Positions 27,211-40,676 of a stretch of 64,000 nucleotides of DNA are shown here, one piece after another. Numbering within the stretch: the stretch's first letter is position 1; each line of letters begins with the position of its first letter. This DNA comes from Hemiscyllium ocellatum (taxonomy: Eukaryota). A model generated the notes under the pieces. It ran no database searches, was not told the DNA's origin, and worked only from the letters and a program-made list of their open reading frames with translations. The DNA is taken from assembly GCF_020745735.1 (NCBI RefSeq), contig NC_083411.1, positions 20,729,263-20,793,262 of the forward strand, given 5' to 3'. A program made the translations under genes and the position numbers.

Positions 27211-28894
27211 GCTTAAATTCTTTTTGCTGAAATATTGCACTCATCTATATATTGAAATGAACAGCTGGTACATTTGGCTTGTTCTTGCATTCATTATGCT
27301 TCATGTATCATGATTGAGAGATGCCAAGTTATGTACACATCTTGTACAAATCATATTTTAAACATCCTGCGCATTCACACATTTCCTTCAACTTCCACGT
27401 TTATTTCCTATTTCAACACTTCTTGCATCATAGTGTTACAGCTATCTTTTCCTGTCCTGTGTTAATTGACCAGAAGTAAAATCAGTGTTGAGGAGAAGGA
27501 ATGCACAAATCAAAGGTCAGGGAAATTGCCAGAATAACAGACTGCTAATAATTTAATGCATTGAGCTAATCTTGAGCCAAGAATACCTTGTATTAAAAAA
27601 AATGTAAAAAATTAGCCAAACTAATCAAACAAAACTTAATTGAATTTGTAATTGAAATGCCTTGATTCTAATTTAAAATCGTACAGACTTGAAAAAGAAA
27701 TAACATGAATATTCTGCAAAATATAACAATAAAGTCCACTTTTGTATTTTTGAGTATCTTTAAAATGTTTTCATTTGAAGGTCTCAGTCTTTACCAAGCT
27801 CCTGAATATCATCTTAGAATTTTTGATTGTAAACTAGTCAAATTAAAACAAATAGAAGATGCTAACTACATTTATTACTTCAGAAATCAAACGATTGCTA
27901 AATAGGATACTGAGTTTTTTCCATGTTAGTTTTTAAGCATAAGAGGATTTTATTTCTGGATCTGTGACTTCAAAGTGAGAGTAGCGTACCTTCCGTTAGA
28001 ACAAGGTTAAAAATCCCACGACTTGCTAGCTGGCTGAGGAAGGAACAAGGGCTTCAAAAACTTGCAGTTTCAAATAAACCTGTTGGACTATAACCCAGTG
28101 TGGTGTGAGGTTTGACTGTATTCTCCCTAATCCAATATCGGCACCTCCACATTCATTGGAATCTTCAAGATGGATTACAATTGAGAACCAGCCTCCTAGA
28201 TTACTTCCTTTTCAGGATAGAGAGCATTTTGAGGGAGAGGGAGGAGAAAATAGCAAGTGCAACCTTCACTGCAGCTGCACTGAGTATCTTGCTGAACGTG
28301 ACAGACACAGAAGAGGGTGGGCTGAGCCGAATGTGAGATAAGTTGAAGAAACTGCCTACCATCTTTACATTCCAAACACTATCTGTGACAACATCCTCCA
28401 GGAGCCATCGACATACTGCAGATGACTTCAGGCTTCCTGAAATACACCTTTAAGGTTCAGATCACATGTCACATCCATATTGCTCTGAACTCCCATTATG
28501 CACTTGTCTCCTGTGGGGTGGTGGGTTGCAGACACTGTGTGGGCCCCTCCTCAATCCGAGCAAACTTCCAATGTCTTTGGCACAGACAAGAGTGAAAAGC
28601 ACTGTAATTTGAGTACTTATTTTTCCATTTTATTCTTATGCTGGACTTGTACTTATTATTTTTTCAATTTCTTTTCAAATACTTAAGTATCTTGTACCTA
28701 AGATGGTGCCATAAGTGGCAATAGTGCAAACGTTTCACTACACTCATTCAAGTACACATGGCAATAAAGCTAACTCTACTTTGAATTTGAATTCTAAATC
28801 CATACCAGACACCAGGCAACTGGAAATCTAAGAACAGATTTGGACCCCTCATCAAAGGAAAGATATCCTGGCAGTATCCCGCCAGTATTCATTA

Positions 28895-29282
28895 AAATTT
28901 AAAACAATGAAAGGTGACATTATTGAAACATTGCAAGATTTTATCGAACTTGACAGAGTGGACATGGAAAGGTTAATTTCCTTGTGGGAGAGTCTAGGAC
29001 CAGTGGGTTTCATCTCAGAGTATGGGGTTACATTTATAAGACAGAGATGAGGTAGAATTTTGTCTCTGAGGGTGGTGAATCTGTTGTATTTTTCAGCACA
29101 GAGAACTGTCAAGGCTGCACTATTTTGTAAATTTAAGGCTGAGATAGACAGAATTCAATAAATAAGGAAATGAAGGTTATAGGGAAAAGGCGGAAACTAG
29201 AGATGAAGATCATCATAACAGCCATAATGTCATTGAATGGTAGACCTGTCAATGGACTGAATAGTCTACATCTGCTCCTATA
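28895..29282 (+). mobile_element. Old CR1 3' fragment
   Basis: KGDIIET.KI...LDRVD and SLRVVNL motifs. Confidence 0.7.
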
Positions 29283-29819
29283 CCAGCAGAAAGGTAGCTG
29301 TTTTAGTCTGTAAAAGTAGCTAGACAGTGAGAGTTTCATTGATCCAAAGTCTCCAGGCTGTGAGAGCTGGAAAGATGTCTTAATATGTTCCAGCAGTTCA
29401 AGGAGGAGGGCTAGAAAGCATCAGTGAGTTAGTCTGTAGTTATGTGTTTGTAGGAGAGACAGAGAGAGTCACATCTGGGAAATGTACAAAAAGTCAATTG
29501 AGTTAGAAATCTTTAAGTGAAGGTACTTCCCTGGAGTAGAAAGTCTATAAAGGATGTTGAACAGAAATGGTTGACTCATTCTTTCACTGTTTAGGTTAAG
29601 ATCTTTATAAATTGTCATTTACATGTTGCATTTTATTTTCCTGTTGTGTTATTTTTTAAAATTAGATTGACAGTCTCACGTGAATAAGCTAATTGCTGAC
29701 CACGACAGTAACCAAACTGCAAACATAAAAATGTCTGATTTAGTGAGCTACATTCCAACCTGGGAATTATTGAGTATCACCATCAGCTGGGATCATAAAA
29801 ATAGGTCTGCCCACATCTG

Positions 29820-30116
29820 GGGTGGCATGGTGGCTCAGTGGTTAGCACTGCTGCCTCATCGCACCAGGGTCCCAGGTTTGATTCCAGCCTCGGGTGACTG
29901 TCCGTGTGGAGTTTGCACATTCTCTCTGTGTCTGCGTGGGTTTCCTCCCACAGTCCAAAGATGTGCAGGTCAGGTGAATTGGCCATGCTAAATTGCCGGT
30001 AGTATTAGGTGCATTAGTCAGAGGGAAATGGGACTGGGTTGGTTACTCTTTGGAGGGACAGTGTAGACTTGCTGGGCCGAAGGGCCTGTTTCCACATTGT
30101 AGGGAATCTAATCTAA
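29820..30116 (+). mobile_element. HE1-like V-SINE
   Basis: Full head, core and (AATCT)n tail. Confidence 0.9.
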
Positions 30117-31449
30117 TTAGTGATTAAAACCCTTCCAAGGAACCAACTAAAGTAATTGGATAGCTTTGTATAAAATATCAGAAGATGACTAGTTGTGAAT
30201 TTTTTAACTTCTTCTGAGGAAAACAAAAATATTATTAATTAGCTAATGTCCGCCTACCATAGTTTGCACAGGAGTACTTGATCTAGATATAATTAGGGTG
30301 AAGAGCAGCACTGGGTGAAAACTTTCATTAGATCTCTCTTTTGTAAAGTATTGTAAATGGTGACAGTAGCTGGATTCATTTTATCACACCGCCTGTGCTT
30401 GAAGAAGGTGCTGTTATTTTGCAAATCTATTCAAAATCCATTTTGTTTGACATCCTGGGATTTCTTTCCAATTGTTTTAATAGCAATTTGTACATCTACT
30501 GACTTTCATGCCCCCAACACTGATCTCCTGGCAATGTTGTAATTCAGGTAGTACCACATGAATCTTGCTAGTTATAAGTCTGTATGTTTAAGGCAAGCAG
30601 GCATATCTCACACTGAAGGGTAGAATTTAATGGTTCTCCCCATGGAGATAAGTTTGGAGGGAGAGGGGCTTTGATTGGGCAGGAGTGTGTGGGTTGGGTA
30701 TCCCTTAGTCTTCCTGCAGTACATCCAGCTTTGGAAACTCAAGGAGGATATTCTTGCCTGTATGCTAATTGAGGCCCTTAAGTGAGAAAAGAAAAAAGTG
30801 GGCATTCATTTCTCACGAAAGGGCCTCATCCACAACCTCTGATATTTAATAAACATGTGGGAGTGAGGGGCCCAACATTGAGAATGTGTGATCTATTGAA
30901 AGATTTCCTTTGCATTTCTTCTGACTCCTTCCACCACTGAGTTAGCAACCCTAATTTTGCCTGTGCCCCTCATTCTGCCCGTGCCCTTCATTCGGCCCTC
31001 ACTCACCCATGGCCTTGACCCTTCAGCAAGACCTATCCCCGGGTGTATTACCTCCAGAGCCACAACTACCAGCGGTGCTGCTACCAATGAGACCTGTCAA
31101 CTTCTGATTGACACCAGCTCCCAATGGTTTAGATTTCCACTGTTGAGGTCCCGAAGCATGGGAAGGCCTGATATTAACCAGTTAATTGCGTGATGTGCAC
31201 TTATCTCCATCGAGACCAGCAGGTACAGGTCTTCAACCAGTGAGCAAGTTTCTATCACTGAAACTAAATTGAAAGCTGTGAGAGCTGGAACGATGTCTTA
31301 ACATGTTCCAGCAGTTCGAGGAGGAGGGCTAGAAAGAGTTAATGAGTTAGTCTGTAGTTATGTGTCTGTGGGAGAGACAGAGAGAATCCCACCTGGGATT
31401 CAGAGAGAATCAGCCTCTCACGCCTAAACGAAACTAGATATCACACCAT

Positions 31450-32388
31450 AGTCATTGAGTCTTAGAGTCATACAGCATGGAAATAGACCCTTCAGTCCAA
31501 ACCGTCCATGCTGACCAGATATCCCAACCCCATCTAGTCCCACCTGCTAGCACTTGGCCCATATCCCTCCAAACCCTTCCTATTCATATACCCATCCAGA
31601 TACCTTTGAAATGCAATTGTACTACCCTCCTCCACTTCTTCTGGCAACTCATTCCATACACATACCACCCTCTGTGTGAAAATGTTGCCCCCTAAGTCTC
31701 TTTTATATCATTCCCCTCCCACACTAAACCTATGCCCTCTATTTCTGGATTCCTTGACCCTAGGGAAAAGACTTTGTCTATTTATCCAATCCATGCCCCT
31801 CATGATTTTATAAATTTCTATAAGGTCACCCGACGCTCCAGAGAAAACAGCCCCAGCCTGTTCAACCTCTCCCTACAGCTCAAATCCTCCAATGCTGGCA
31901 ACATCCATGTAAACCTTTTCTGAAACCTTCCAAGCTTCACAATTTCTTTCCGATAGGAAGGAGACCAGAATTGCACGCAGTATTCCAACAGTGGCCTAAC
32001 CAATGTCCCATACAGCCGCAACATGACCTCCCAACTCCTGTACTCAATACTCTAACCAGTAAAGGAACGCATACCAAACGCCTTCTTCACTATCCTATCT
32101 ACCTGCAGCTCCACTTTCAAGGAGCTATGAACCTGCACTCCAAGGTCTCTGTTCAGCAACACTCCCTCGGACCTTACCATTAAGAGTATAAGTCCTGCTA
32201 AGATTTGCTTTCCCAAAATGCAGCACCTCACATTTATCTAAATTAAACTCGATCTGCCACGTCTCAGCCCATTGGCCCGTCCGATCAAGATCCCGCTGTA
32301 ATCTGAGGTAACCTTCTTCGCTGTGCACTACATCTTCAATTTTGGTGTCATCTGCAAACTTTCTAACTATACCTCTTATGCTCACATC
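31450..32388 (-). mobile_element. Young CR1 3' fragment including the end of the RT domain
   Basis: KFADDTKI...FNLDKCEVLHFG. Confidence 0.93.
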
Positions 32389-32925
32389 TCTCAACTCAAA
32401 TAATAGCTCGAATCTGATATTGTGTTGCAAAGCTGGATATATTGCAAAATGTTGAAAATACAACATCCATTATGGATCAATATAATTCTGATTCAGTACC
32501 AAAATGTACAAGATACTTTCATCTTAAATTCAACTTATGTATCTGTTTGGTAATAAATTAATCTATTTATTCTTCTGCAGGAGTGAAGGAACGTATTATT
32601 TCCAGGAAGTGATTCACATGTATTTTTCAATGTCTAAGGAAATCCCTCAACAACTTTGTGGATGTTTTTTGTTTAAGATAAGCATCCTGTCAAACTTCCA
32701 CTCTCAGCATCATCACTTACCAAAATGCTAACCAGCGACCCAGTGTAAACAAAGCTATTGGAGTTCTGCCTGCATTTGATAAATACTTAAATAAAAAGCT
32801 GAAGAAATGTGTCAATGATTGCATTTTTAATTACAAATGACATTTCCGAGTTACTGGAGAAGCTCCAGCAACAGGAAAGCAAGGAGCAAATGAGAGAGTA
32901 GAAATTCTAATGAATCAATCTTTTA

Positions 32926-33225
32926 ACGGTGGCGCATTGGCTAGCACTGCTGACCCACAGCACTAGTGTCCCAGGTTCGATTCCAGCTCGGGTGACTGTC
33001 TGTGTGGAGTTTGCAGTTTCTCCCCGTGTCTGCATGGGTTTCTTCCAGGTGTTCCGGTTTCCTCTCACAGTCCAAAGATGTGCAGGTCAGGTGAATTGGC
33101 CATGCTAACTTGCCCATAGTGTTAAGTGCATGCAGGAGATGGGTCTGGGTGGGTTACTCTTCGGAGGGTCGATGTGGACTGGTTGGGCCGAAGGGCCTGT
33201 TTCCGCACTGCAGAGAATCTAATCT
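32926..33225 (+). mobile_element. HE1-like V-SINE
   Basis: B box GGTTCGATTCC, V core, tail. Confidence 0.88.
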
Positions 33226-34570
33226 TAAATTTCCTGCCTGAAGGTAAATCCTTGGCGATGATTTGCTAAACAACAGCAAAGGACCATGATCTTTCCTAGT
33301 TTGGAGAAAAGTGGTGGCCTCTCAATATACCTCAGTCAGAACAGGGATCAGACCTTATGCTGTTGGTTCTGCACAATGAACTGTCTAACCAATTGAGCTA
33401 CCCAGGCTTCAATCAATGCCATAGCTTATTAATGCTAATCACGAGCTTGAAATACTGCCTATTTTTTTTTGCCACTTTAGAGTATGATCACTACATAGTA
33501 TAGGTACTGCTGTTAATAATAACCTACAATAACCCTGGTGTTTCACAATTAGACCATAAAAGAAATGCAAGAATGTCTAATGTGTGTTGTGACTTGGAAA
33601 TGTACAGAAATGACAGAGATCAGGCTCTATGTGTGAACAGGATTGTATTATAAAAGATTTTAACATGTCTGCTCCACAGGCTTTTAGCTTGGTTTCATTT
33701 TTTTTCTCTCCCCGTAACCATAGCCACAGGTCTGGCCACAAGTGCACAGCTCAGTGAACAGTCAACAGGCACACATAATCGAACATCCAATAGTTGGACA
33801 TGACAATTTCCATTCTTCATTCACTTTGGGAGCTAGCGTGGTTATTTTCATTTCCAAAAAACACAGCAGCCTTTGACAAAACATGGTATTTCTCAGTCAT
33901 GCTAAGATGAGTATAGGAGCGAAAGTGAACCATTCAGCCACCTGAACCTGCATTACCATTCTAACCCGGGGCTAACCATCAACATTAACACCATATTCCT
34001 ATGATCCTCATATCTCTTGATATCATCAGTAACCAGAGAGCAATCAATCTCTGTCTTGATCTTACCAAATGGGCTTTCACATTTCCGACATAACTAGCTC
34101 ACCTTTTATTCTGAGAGTCTGAGCTCTGATTCCAGATCACACAGCCTTCTGCATCTACTCTGCATCATGTACACTGTGATTTACATAGATATTTTCAATA
34201 TAGTTTATTATAAGTTTATGGTTTCAGTTTTTGTCTTAGTAACATCTGGCCTTCTGTGTGCCTGAAGTTAGTAATAAACTTGTAAGTATTATTGTAGCTA
34301 TGTGATTTATTTTAAAATAGTTTTTGAGGCTGGCTTGGGAGCAATGGGGTTTTGGGCACTAGTAATTGATTTTTGATGAATTTAGATTGTTTTACGATCC
34401 AGCAAGGTAAATAATGGATCGCAAGGTTTGTTAAAGACTTTTGGAACTTTTATTTTTTTTAAGCTTAACGGGAATATCCACAAGGAAGCTCAGAGGAACA
34501 GAAGCATCTTGGGGTATCCCTGAAGGTAGAAAGGCACATTAATATGACAGCAAAGAACACATATAGAACA

Positions 34571-36535
34571 TTGAATTGAACTGAATTGAATTTATTGTCA
34601 TGTGTACCGAGGCACAGTGAAAAGCTTTGTCTTGTGGACAATACAGGCAGATCACAGAGTTAAGTAACATAGATAGTAAATAATAGGGTAAACAGCAGCA
34701 AAAACAAAAACACAGGTACAGGCAAATGTTAAGAGTTTGTGAGTCCATTTAGTATTAGATTAGATTACTTACAGTGTGGAAACAGGCCCCTCGGCCCAAC
34801 AAGTCCACACCAACACGCAACCCACTCATACCCCTACATTTATCCCTTATCTAATACTATGGGCAATTTAGCATGGCCAATTCACCTGAACTGCACATCT
34901 TTGTGATTGTGGGAGGAAACCGGAGCACCCGGAGAAACCCACGCAGACACGGGGAGAATGTGCAAACTCCACACAGTCAGTTGCCTGAGGCGGGAATTGA
35001 ACCTAGGTCTCTGGTGCTGTGAGGCAGCAGTGCTAACCACTGTGCCACCGTGCCAACCACTGTGCCACCGTGCCACCCTTCTAACAACAGTAGGGTAGAA
35101 ACTGTTACGAAACCGGCTGGTGTGCGTATTCAGGCTTCTGTACCTTCTCCCCAGTGGTAGAAAACCATTGCCAGGGTGGGATGGATCTTTGAGAATGCTG
35201 GCGGCCTTTCCTTGACAGCGGGACTGGTAGATGGATTCTATAGATGGAAGGTTGGCCTTTGTGATTGTCTGGGCTGAGTTCACCACTCTCTGCAACTGTC
35301 TTGGATCTTGAATGGTACAGTTACCATACCAGGTAATGATATCTGTGCTATTAATGTGAGTAACATCCCTCCAAAAGTCAATAATGATTTCCTTGGTTTT
35401 GCTGGCATCGAGAGCTAGGTTGTTCTCAGTGCACCATTTTTCCAGGTCTTCCACCTCTCGTCTGTTGTCTGTTTTGTCGCTATCTGAGATTCAACTGACT
35501 ATGGTGGGATCATGAGCAAACTTGTAAATGGCATTAGTCTGGTATTTGGCGATGCAGTAATGGGTATGCCGTGAGTACATTAGGGGACTAAGTATGCACC
35601 CCTGGGGGGCTCCAGTGTTGAGTATTAGTGAGGATGAAATATTGTCCGCAATCTTCACTGACTGTGGGTCAGCAAACTGAGGATCTAGTTGCAGAGAGTG
35701 GGGCTTAGTCCAAGATCACTAAGTTTGGTAATCAGTCTCGAGGAGATAATAGTGTTGAAGGCTGAACTGTAGCCAATGAGTAGGATTCTTATGGAGCTGT
35801 TCTTGGTGTCAAGATGTTCTGGGGTGGAGTGATGGGCAAGTGATATGGCATCTGACGTGGATCTATTGGTCCAAAAGGCAAATTGGAATCGGTCAAGACT
35901 AGGCTGGAGTTGATTAATGCCATGACCAGCCTTTCAAAGCACTTCATAACCATCGAAGTTAGGGTCACTGAGCAGTTGTCATTGAGACATGCTGCATGAA
36001 TGTTCTTAGGCACAGGGATGATTTTGGCCCTCTTGAAATAGGCAGGGACAGTGGCCTACTTCAGGGAGAGGTTGAAGATGTCTAAGAAGACCTCAGCCAG
36101 TTGATCTGCACATGTTCTGAGTGCGCGGCCTGGTACTCTGACTGGTCCCATTGCTTTCCTTAGATTCACATGAAGGAAAACTGACCTGACCTCTGATGCA
36201 GTGACTATTGGGATAGGTTCATCAGGACTTATCGGAATAGATGTTACCTTTGCACCAAAATTCTGCTCAAAGCGAGCGTAGAAGGCTGTGAGACAATCCA
36301 GAAGGGAGGTGTCATTGCCTGCTATCTTGCACTGTCTCTTTTGGAACCTGTGATGTCATTCAGTCCTTGCCATAGTCGCCGGGTGTCTGTCTGGGTCTCT
36401 AGTTTGGATTAGTATTGGCCCTTGGCTGTCTTGATGGCTCTGCGAAGGTCCTACTTAGATTCCATACATTTGAGTGGGTGTCCTGATCTAAAGGCCCCAC
36501 ACCTGGTGTTTAGCAGATTCTGTATGTCCTAACCA
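34571..36535 (-). mobile_element. Rex1/Babar LINE (decayed RT), interrupted by an HE1-like SINE at 34755-35078
   Basis: ACLND..VTLTSMVMKCFERLV; WCTENNLALDASKTKEIIIDF; CQGKAASILKDPSHPG; (TTCAA)n tail. Confidence 0.88.
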
Positions 36536-36551
36536 CATTTGTGGTTTGGGC

Positions 36552-37118
36552 ACAACTCGAGTGCTGTGTGTAGTTCTGGTTACCGCACTAGGAAGAATCT
36601 AATGGCATTGGAGAGGAATTATTAACATACAGCATTTTAACTATGAAGACAAGCTGGACAGACTTGGGCTGAATTCTTCAGAAGACAGAAGGCAGAAGGG
36701 GAGCTTGATAGAGATCTATAAGATTAGGAGGGGAATGGGCAAGTTGCTTATAAAGCATATGTGTGTCTATATATATATGAAATCCTCTTAGTTGTAAGGT
36801 TATTAACAAGGGAACATTATTTTAAGGTGAAATGCAGGAGGCTTAGCGGGGACTTGAGAAAAATCATTTCACCCAGATTATGCAATGCACTATCCTGGGA
36901 GGGTAGTTGAGGGGCAAAACCTCACAAGCTTTAAAAAATGAACCTTCCAGCTCACTGAGCAAACTTACATCCAGCTTTAAAAATTACTTGGATGAGTATT
37001 TGAAATTCATAACTGTCAGGGCCATGGGCTAAGTGCTGAAAAGTGAGATTAGTGTAAATAGATCAGCACAGACTTGATAGGCTGAGCGACCTCGTCTGTG
37101 TGTCTGTGACTCTGTGAC
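36552..37118 (+). mobile_element. Old CR1 3' fragment
   Basis: CV.FW.PH motif and 3' UTR with TGTGACTC tail. Confidence 0.7.
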
Positions 37119-39055
37119 CCATAACTTAGAGAGAGAGATCTTTAGTTTCAGTCTTACTTTGAGGAAAGGAATTCTGTGAAGGTCTTGGGGACGATGGTTA
37201 CGTAGACCTGCGCTTCTGAGAGGGGAATGATGTAATGAAGTGGGTTACTTTAATATGAAGAGTTAGTGTTTGTCCCAGACCAAAGTCATTCAGATAATTC
37301 CTGATGAGGTTACTTGTAATTGAGGAAATTTAAGACCAGGTGTATAATTGTTCCAGGAAGAAGCTATCTACGGTTTGAGTCTAAAAGTTGAAGTCACAAG
37401 TGACATATAGCTCCCAAGGTGTGAGATGCCTGAACACTGCTGTGAGTATTGTTTGAGTGGTATACTATTCCAGGGGTGTGTCCTTAGTACCACGCAAACA
37501 CTGTTTTTCTTTCTTTTTAATTCATAAAAAGAGTAGTTTGGGAAATGGAATTATACTCTTACTGTGCATTTAAACATTATTGAATTTGTATTATAAGCAG
37601 ATGGTTTGATTTATTCTATTTTAACTTAATTTCTTTTGTTAATGAATTCTTTTTTTTAAACCTGCAGCATTACATGCTTATGTTTCAGCAAAAGGTCAGT
37701 TTGTTAAATCCATAACACATTTTAAAATGATCCATCAAGCCAGATTTCAGACGAGAATCTGTTTTGTCAGGTAATAACACTACCTGGGATCATAACGTCT
37801 GTCCATCCCTTCGTGAGGGTTACTCAGCTCAGGTTGAAATTATAGCAATTAAGATAATACTCTTCTAGATAGTGGCTGCCCCTTTAACACAAACACGAAG
37901 AACATTTTGTTCCAGCACAGCTTGTACTTCATTGAGCCGCCCAGCACTATCTCTAACTGAAAACCAATTTCTCTTCCTTCCAGCAAGAGTGGGAGGTGTT
38001 TCTCTGGATGTTCCCAATGATTCAAATTCCTTTTTTTAGTGTTTGCAATCATGATGTCTCTTAAGCATGAATCTTTTCATTTCTGACTTCAGTTTCTCTC
38101 TTTTGTTTGGTGTCTTCAGTTTCAATAGTATTTGAGAGTGCCATGATGTGGACTTTGCAGGATTTCTGATAATGAACTGTCAGCCTTCACCAACACCGCC
38201 CCTCTGAATCTGACTTTAACTGCAGGATTGAACACAAGCTCAGATTAATGTGGAAATCCTGAAGTAATGGTCTATCATTGCCTGCATGTCACACTCTGCA
38301 CTATGGACCCCACTCTCCACAGAGCCACCAACAGGGGATTGAAATGATCTGGCGAGGACTTGTCCTTTTCCCCTCAAATCACCTCATAAAGACATTAAGC
38401 TTCCTTGATTGAGCTGTAACTGAGTTTTTAACAGTGATCCAAAAAGCAACTATTGCTATACAGTAGGTCTGAGCCTAAGAAATATTATTTTAAGTCTGTG
38501 GGTTATTGTTAAATCTCTTCATTATGATCAATGCTTGATTTTTAAATTTAAAACGTTTTTTAAAACGTGATTCATATTATTTCACCTCCTATCTTAACTC
38601 CGTGCCCATGCCCCACGTTTTATTTTGCTCTGTTAAAAGCAATTTGATTATGAGTGCTTTTCTTTTTCTGACTTAGTGTTATATTGTGCTTTAATTGCTA
38701 CTCAGAAGGATCTTGACATGTTTCAATGTATTAAAGGCACAATATAAATCTGTGTTGTTGGTTGGCTGTCAATGAGGAATCTTTAATGTGATTGGCTGCT
38801 TGTATAGCATGATGGCATCACTACAGCTTGAACTACAATCTTAATTAAACAGCAGCACAGTTAAACATTGGGAGAGAGTTTGTGCCACAGAGATCACTAG
38901 ATCAATCAGCGTGACTTTTCCAAAGCCTCATTGCTGACTGCAAAATCCAGGATAATGTAGGGTTACACACCACATACAGGACTAATGATTACACCTGCTG
39001 AAAATGTGTAGCTGGTTAAAGCACAGCAGGTCAGGCAGCATCCAAGGAACAGGAA

Positions 39056-39091
39056 ATTCGACGTTTCGGGCCAGAGCCCTTCATCAGGAAT
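39056..39091 (-). ncRNA. Minimal type I hammerhead ribozyme motif (intact)
   Basis: Minus strand ATTC-CTGATGA-A-GGGC-TCTG-GCCC-GAAA-C-GTC-GAAT: full core, 4-bp stems I and II, palindromic ACGT in place of stem III. Confidence 0.78.
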
Positions 39092-39102
39092 GATGATGAA
39101 TG

Positions 39103-39139
39103 AATCCTGATGAAGGGCTCTGGCCCGAAACGTCGAATT
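39103..39139 (+). ncRNA. Minimal type I hammerhead ribozyme motif (core intact, short stem I)
   Basis: CTGATGA 39107-39113, GGGC/GCCC stem, GAAA 39127-39130, GTC 39132-39134. Confidence 0.65.
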
Positions 39140-39356
39140 TCCTGTTCCTTGGATGCTGCCTGACCTGCTGTGCTTTAACCAGCAATACATTTTCAGCTCT
39201 GATCTCCAGCATCTGCAGACCTCACTTTTTACTTAATGATTACACCTGCTGTGCAACCTATGTACCAGATTGCACCATTATTATATATCTAATGCTCCTT
39301 GGCACTGATAGTTCCTCAAGTATTATCAACCTGCCAGTATCTTATCAAAGTGGCCC

Positions 39357-39751
39357 TGTGCAGTGTTTGGAACGAGGTTGGGCAGGTTGGGCATTGAGTA
39401 TGTGTTCCCTAATTTGGGCAGTTAACCTGGGCCAATCAGGGAGCCCTGACTGAAAGATTTCAACAGGAGTCTCAGGGACTAGCTCTGAGCAGACTGATCA
39501 GAGTCCATGCACTAGGCAAAAGTGAAGACTGCAGATGCTGGAAATCAAAGTCTAGATTAGAGTCATGCTGGACAAGCACAGCAGGTCAGACAGCATCCAA
39601 GGACACTTGCTTGAAACATCGATTTTCCTACTCCTCAGATGCTGCCTGCCCTGCTGTGCTTTTCCAGCACCACTCTAATCTCGAGTCCATGAACTGTGCA
39701 TATGTAAATAAATGGTGATTTGGTGATAGGATACCAGATGGAGTTATTTCA
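39357..39751 (+). mobile_element. Solo LTR (related to 43742-45275) interrupted by an older fold-back PLE (39514-39682)
   Basis: GTTAACCTGGGCCAATCAGGGAGCCCTG and terminal GGAGTTATTTCA are shared with the minus-strand LTR at 43.7-45.3 kb; PLE TSD GAGTCCATG (39501-39509 and 39683-39691). Confidence 0.7.
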
Positions 39752-40362
39752 CTGTGTGCTTTATAAGTGAACTCAGACAGTGACCTGGAAATCTTAACCA
39801 ACTCATTCAGACAGTAAAATATTTACCATTCAATCCCCACCGTTTACCATTTCGACAGTGCGATTGTTTCATGAATCGATCTGAATAGGGATCCTGTGCT
39901 GTTAAAAGGACATGCATTGCATTTTAATAGCATGTTGAGTGAGGTACCTATTTTAGAAGATTCATTCAGGAAAAGCTGGGAAGCATGAAGTTAAGCTTCA
40001 CCCAAGACATGGAAGGGAAATTCTGGTTCACTGCTGCTTGTGGTTCTATCATGTATCATCCCCTACTCATCCTTTCTGACCATGAAACAGTCCTTGTAAC
40101 TTTTTTGTGGTACAGCAGGGCAGAGTTCAAACCTTTCCCAAAGACTTCCAGGTGCCTCTTAACCCCTGTTTTGTCCAAGCAGCTAGCCAAAGTAATGTAC
40201 ATAAAGCTCAGCCAGTAAAATTAACAAACAGTGTCAGAAGCAAAGACAAAGGTGCAGTCCTTGACCAAAAAGAAATTGGTCAGTGTGCTGAGAAGATCAA
40301 TAAATGGTGTTATACTGGTAATATCATTGGGTTCATGCAGATTCTGGTTGATACCCTGTGTA

Positions 40363-40676
40363 TAGATTAGATTAGATTACTTACAGTGTGGAAACAGGCC
40401 CTTCGGCCCAACAAGTCCACACTGACCCGCCAAAACGTATACCACCAGACCCATACTCCTGCATTTACCCCTTACCTAACACTACGGACAATTTATCATG
40501 GCCAATTCACCTAACCTGCACATTTTTGGACTGTGGGAGGAAACTGGAGCACCCGGAGGAAACCCACACAGACAAGGGGAGAATGTGCAAACTCCACACA
40601 GAGAGTCGCCTGAGGTGGGAATTGAACCTGGGTCTCTGGCGCTGTGAGGCAGCAGTGCTTGCCACTGTGCTGCCCA
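40363..40676 (-). mobile_element. HE1-like V-SINE
   Basis: (TAGAT)n tail, V core, tRNA head. Confidence 0.9.

Larger units (their letters stand above)
38997..39233 (+). mobile_element. Fold-back mini-PLE family A with two hammerheads
   Basis: 93-bp inverted arms (2 mismatches), 15-nt spacer, 36-nt tail, 18-bp direct repeat TAATGATTACACCTGCTG (38983-39000 and 39234-39251). Confidence 0.92.

Noticed and set aside
28216-28332. 117-nt AG/GT-bounded candidate exon
   Set aside because: Peptide unrecognised and it lies between repeat remnants; insufficient support
30600-31250. Possible old DNA-transposon or MITE remnants (also about 9100-9530 and 19100-19260)
   Set aside because: I could not define terminal inverted repeats or TSDs by eye
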